A DNA stretch of 64,000 nt from IMG/VR virus record IMGVR_UViG_3300031992_000016, positions 104,961 to 168,960 of that record; one strand, given 5' to 3'. Shown here piece after piece: positions 62,718 through 64,000 of this stretch; position 1 is the first letter of the stretch; each line of letters starts with the position of its first letter. The notes beneath the pieces are model-generated. The model did not search any database. It was given only the letters and a program-made list of their open reading frames with translations, and had not been told where the DNA came from. Position numbers and translations under genes: made by a program. Source of the DNA: a virus. Its lineage: Duplodnaviria; Caudoviricetes.

Positions 62718-62927
62718 ATGACTGTTAAGGAACTGATGAAGAAGCTGGCAAAGATGGATCCTGAAATGAAAGTGTGCTTCCCTGATACTTATGAACAAAA
62801 CGAAGGTTGGGGCCAATATCCTGAGTATTGCATTGTCGGCGGTGCCGAAGTGGAAGATGGGCGCGTGATGTTGTGGGCAGGTGAAGACACTGCACGCGAA
62901 GAAAAAGATAATGATGAAATCGAATAA
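62718..62927 (+). CDS. Early hypothetical protein (69 aa), MTVKEL-type
   Basis: Own promoter, SD AAGGAGG, TAA stop. Confidence 0.75.
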   Translation: MTVKELMKKLAKMDPEMKVCFPDTYEQNEGWGQYPEYCIVGGAEVEDGRVMLWAGEDTAREEKDNDEIE

Positions 62928-62991
62928 AAAGTATTGACAAATCCTAAAACCCGTGCTATAATAAAAACATCAAATGAAGGGAGCCACAACA

Positions 62992-63162
62992 ATGAAGAAA
63001 GAAATCACTTACACTGAGCAGGAGCTAAAAAAGTGGTTCGAAGAAATGAAAAAGAAATATCCGCACTCGATGGCCGAAGAACATTTTAGTTTTGTTGAAA
63101 TGAACATGTTTGACCATCAATGGCACGAAGAAAATAATTTGAAAATAGTGCTTGACAAATAA
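62992..63162 (+). CDS. Early hypothetical protein (56 aa)
   Basis: Own promoter, SD AAGGGAG; the C-terminal LDK is encoded by the next -35 box. Confidence 0.72.
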   Translation: MKKEITYTEQELKKWFEEMKKKYPHSMAEEHFSFVEMNMFDHQWHEENNLKIVLDK

Positions 63163-63209
63163 TCAAACGTGTGCTATAATTAAACTATCAAATGAGGGAG
63201 GGCAAGGCA

Positions 63210-63434
63210 ATGAAGTTTTGGAAGAAAGAAAACAAAAAGGAAGAGGGATACAAAATTGCTTTTTGTGACACGCCTGATCTTTCAACTAAGTTTGGTGAAT
63301 GGAAAGGAACTTTTGATAGTTATTCTTCGGCCGACCATTGCATCAGAATGGGATGGGGAAAAGCTATCAAATCAAAAGCAACTGACGCATACGAAATTGA
63401 TAGTGCATGGCTTGTTATCGAAAAAATTTCTTGA
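63210..63434 (+). CDS. Early hypothetical protein (74 aa)
   Basis: Own promoter, SD GGGAGG, TGA stop. Confidence 0.75.
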   Translation: MKFWKKENKKEEGYKIAFCDTPDLSTKFGEWKGTFDSYSSADHCIRMGWGKAIKSKATDAYEIDSAWLVIEKIS

Positions 63435-63532
63435 AAATTTTTTCAAAAAAGGATTGACAAACCCACCAGACCGTGTTATAATAGAGACACAAAAGGGAAA
63501 GGAAAATCCCCAACACCAGAAAGGAAACTACA

Positions 63533-63751
63533 ATGACGAAGATCTACACCGTGGCTGTGATGAACCGCTTTGAGAATGACCACACTGAAACCAAGTATTT
63601 CACCACCAAAGAAAAAGCCATCAAGTATGCGGAAAAGATCAACGCCAAATACGAAGAAGCAAGAGCTAACAAAAATTATTTCGAGATGGTCTATCATGTG
63701 GCGATGGACTGGGGCATCAAAGAGGTTATGGCCGATGAAGAAGAGGAATAA
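63533..63751 (+). CDS. Early hypothetical protein (72 aa)
   Basis: Own promoter, SD GAAAGGA; FTTKEKA motif; TAA stop. Confidence 0.75.
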   Translation: MTKIYTVAVMNRFENDHTETKYFTTKEKAIKYAEKINAKYEEARANKNYFEMVYHVAMDWGIKEVMADEEEE

Positions 63752-63837
63752 AAATCCTCTTCTTTTTTTCAAAAACCTATTGACAAATCCCGAAACGTAT
63801 GTTATAATTAAGCCATCAAATGAAGGAGGACGAAACG

Positions 63838-63990
63838 ATGATGAAGGTTTATCTGGTCTGGTATTTCAACCCTGAGGTGAGCGAAAATCAGGCGATGCTG
63901 TGGGGACTTTACACCACGAAAGAGAAGGCCGAGAAAGCGCTGACTGAGTGCGGATTTCATGGATGGATTAATGAAGAGGTCGCGGAGTAA
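63838..63990 (+). CDS. Early hypothetical protein (50 aa), below track cutoff
   Basis: Own promoter, SD AAGGAGG; YTTKEKA motif; TAA stop. Confidence 0.72.
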   Translation: MMKVYLVWYFNPEVSENQAMLWGLYTTKEKAEKALTECGFHGWINEEVAE

Positions 63991-64000
63991 TCCGCGGCCC

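Larger units (their letters stand above)
60433..63808 (+). promoter_or_regulatory. Array of 12 near-consensus extended sigma-A promoters, one per small gene
   Basis: TTGACA at 60433, 60844, 61153, 61410, 61806, 62192, 62440, 62660, 62934, 63152, 63454 and 63780. Each is followed after exactly 17 bp (ending TGn) by TATAAT, or TATACT at 60867. Confidence 0.92.

Noticed and set aside
60020-63875. Minus-strand and extended ORFs in the early region (60180-60377, 61373-61750, 61754-62128, starts at 60447, 61427, 61715)
   Set aside because: They are antisense to promoter- and SD-supported genes, or start within or upstream of promoter boxes.
60400-64000. CRISPR array or integron attC cassettes
   Set aside because: The repeats are degenerate promoters rather than identical direct repeats or attC palindromes, the spacers are whole genes, and no cas or integrase gene is present.
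1-64000. Suppressor tRNA, release factor or tRNA synthetase in this window
   Set aside because: I found no cloverleaf or matching protein, and most intergenic gaps are too short. tRNAscan-SE on the full genome is needed.

Overview
This is 64 kb of a large, AT-rich tailed phage genome. It looks siphovirus-like: there is a tail tube and a giant tape measure gene, and I see no sheath gene in the window. The AGGAGG ribosome-binding sites and TG-extended sigma-A promoters point to a Bacillota host. The fragmented ORF track is an artefact of the wrong genetic code. From 1 to 59.7 kb the minus-strand genes are interrupted only by TAG, continue in the same frame, and end at TAA or TGA. TAG repeatedly falls where Gln is expected, including opposite CAA/CAG in sister copies of internal repeats. 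Read with TAG=Gln (translation table 15), the region becomes a tightly packed morphogenesis module. In transcription order it holds a Zn-finger/HTH protein, a TerS-like protein, TerL, a PD-(D/E)XK nuclease, portal, protease/scaffold, a head protein, major capsid, neck proteins and tail tube. These are followed by a 4552-aa tape measure, tail-tip proteins, tail fibres and a 2681-aa LamG/CotH-kinase-like/LRR protein. The highest-copy virion genes contain no TAG. From 59.8 to 64 kb the plus strand carries 13 small genes, each with its own near-consensus TTGACA-17-TGnTATAAT promoter and none using TAG. This suggests code-neutral early genes and recoding-dependent late genes. No tRNA, CRISPR array, integrase or reverse transcriptase is visible. 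Gene joins were made by hand from frame arithmetic with spot checks. Product names come from motif recognition and gene order, not database searches.
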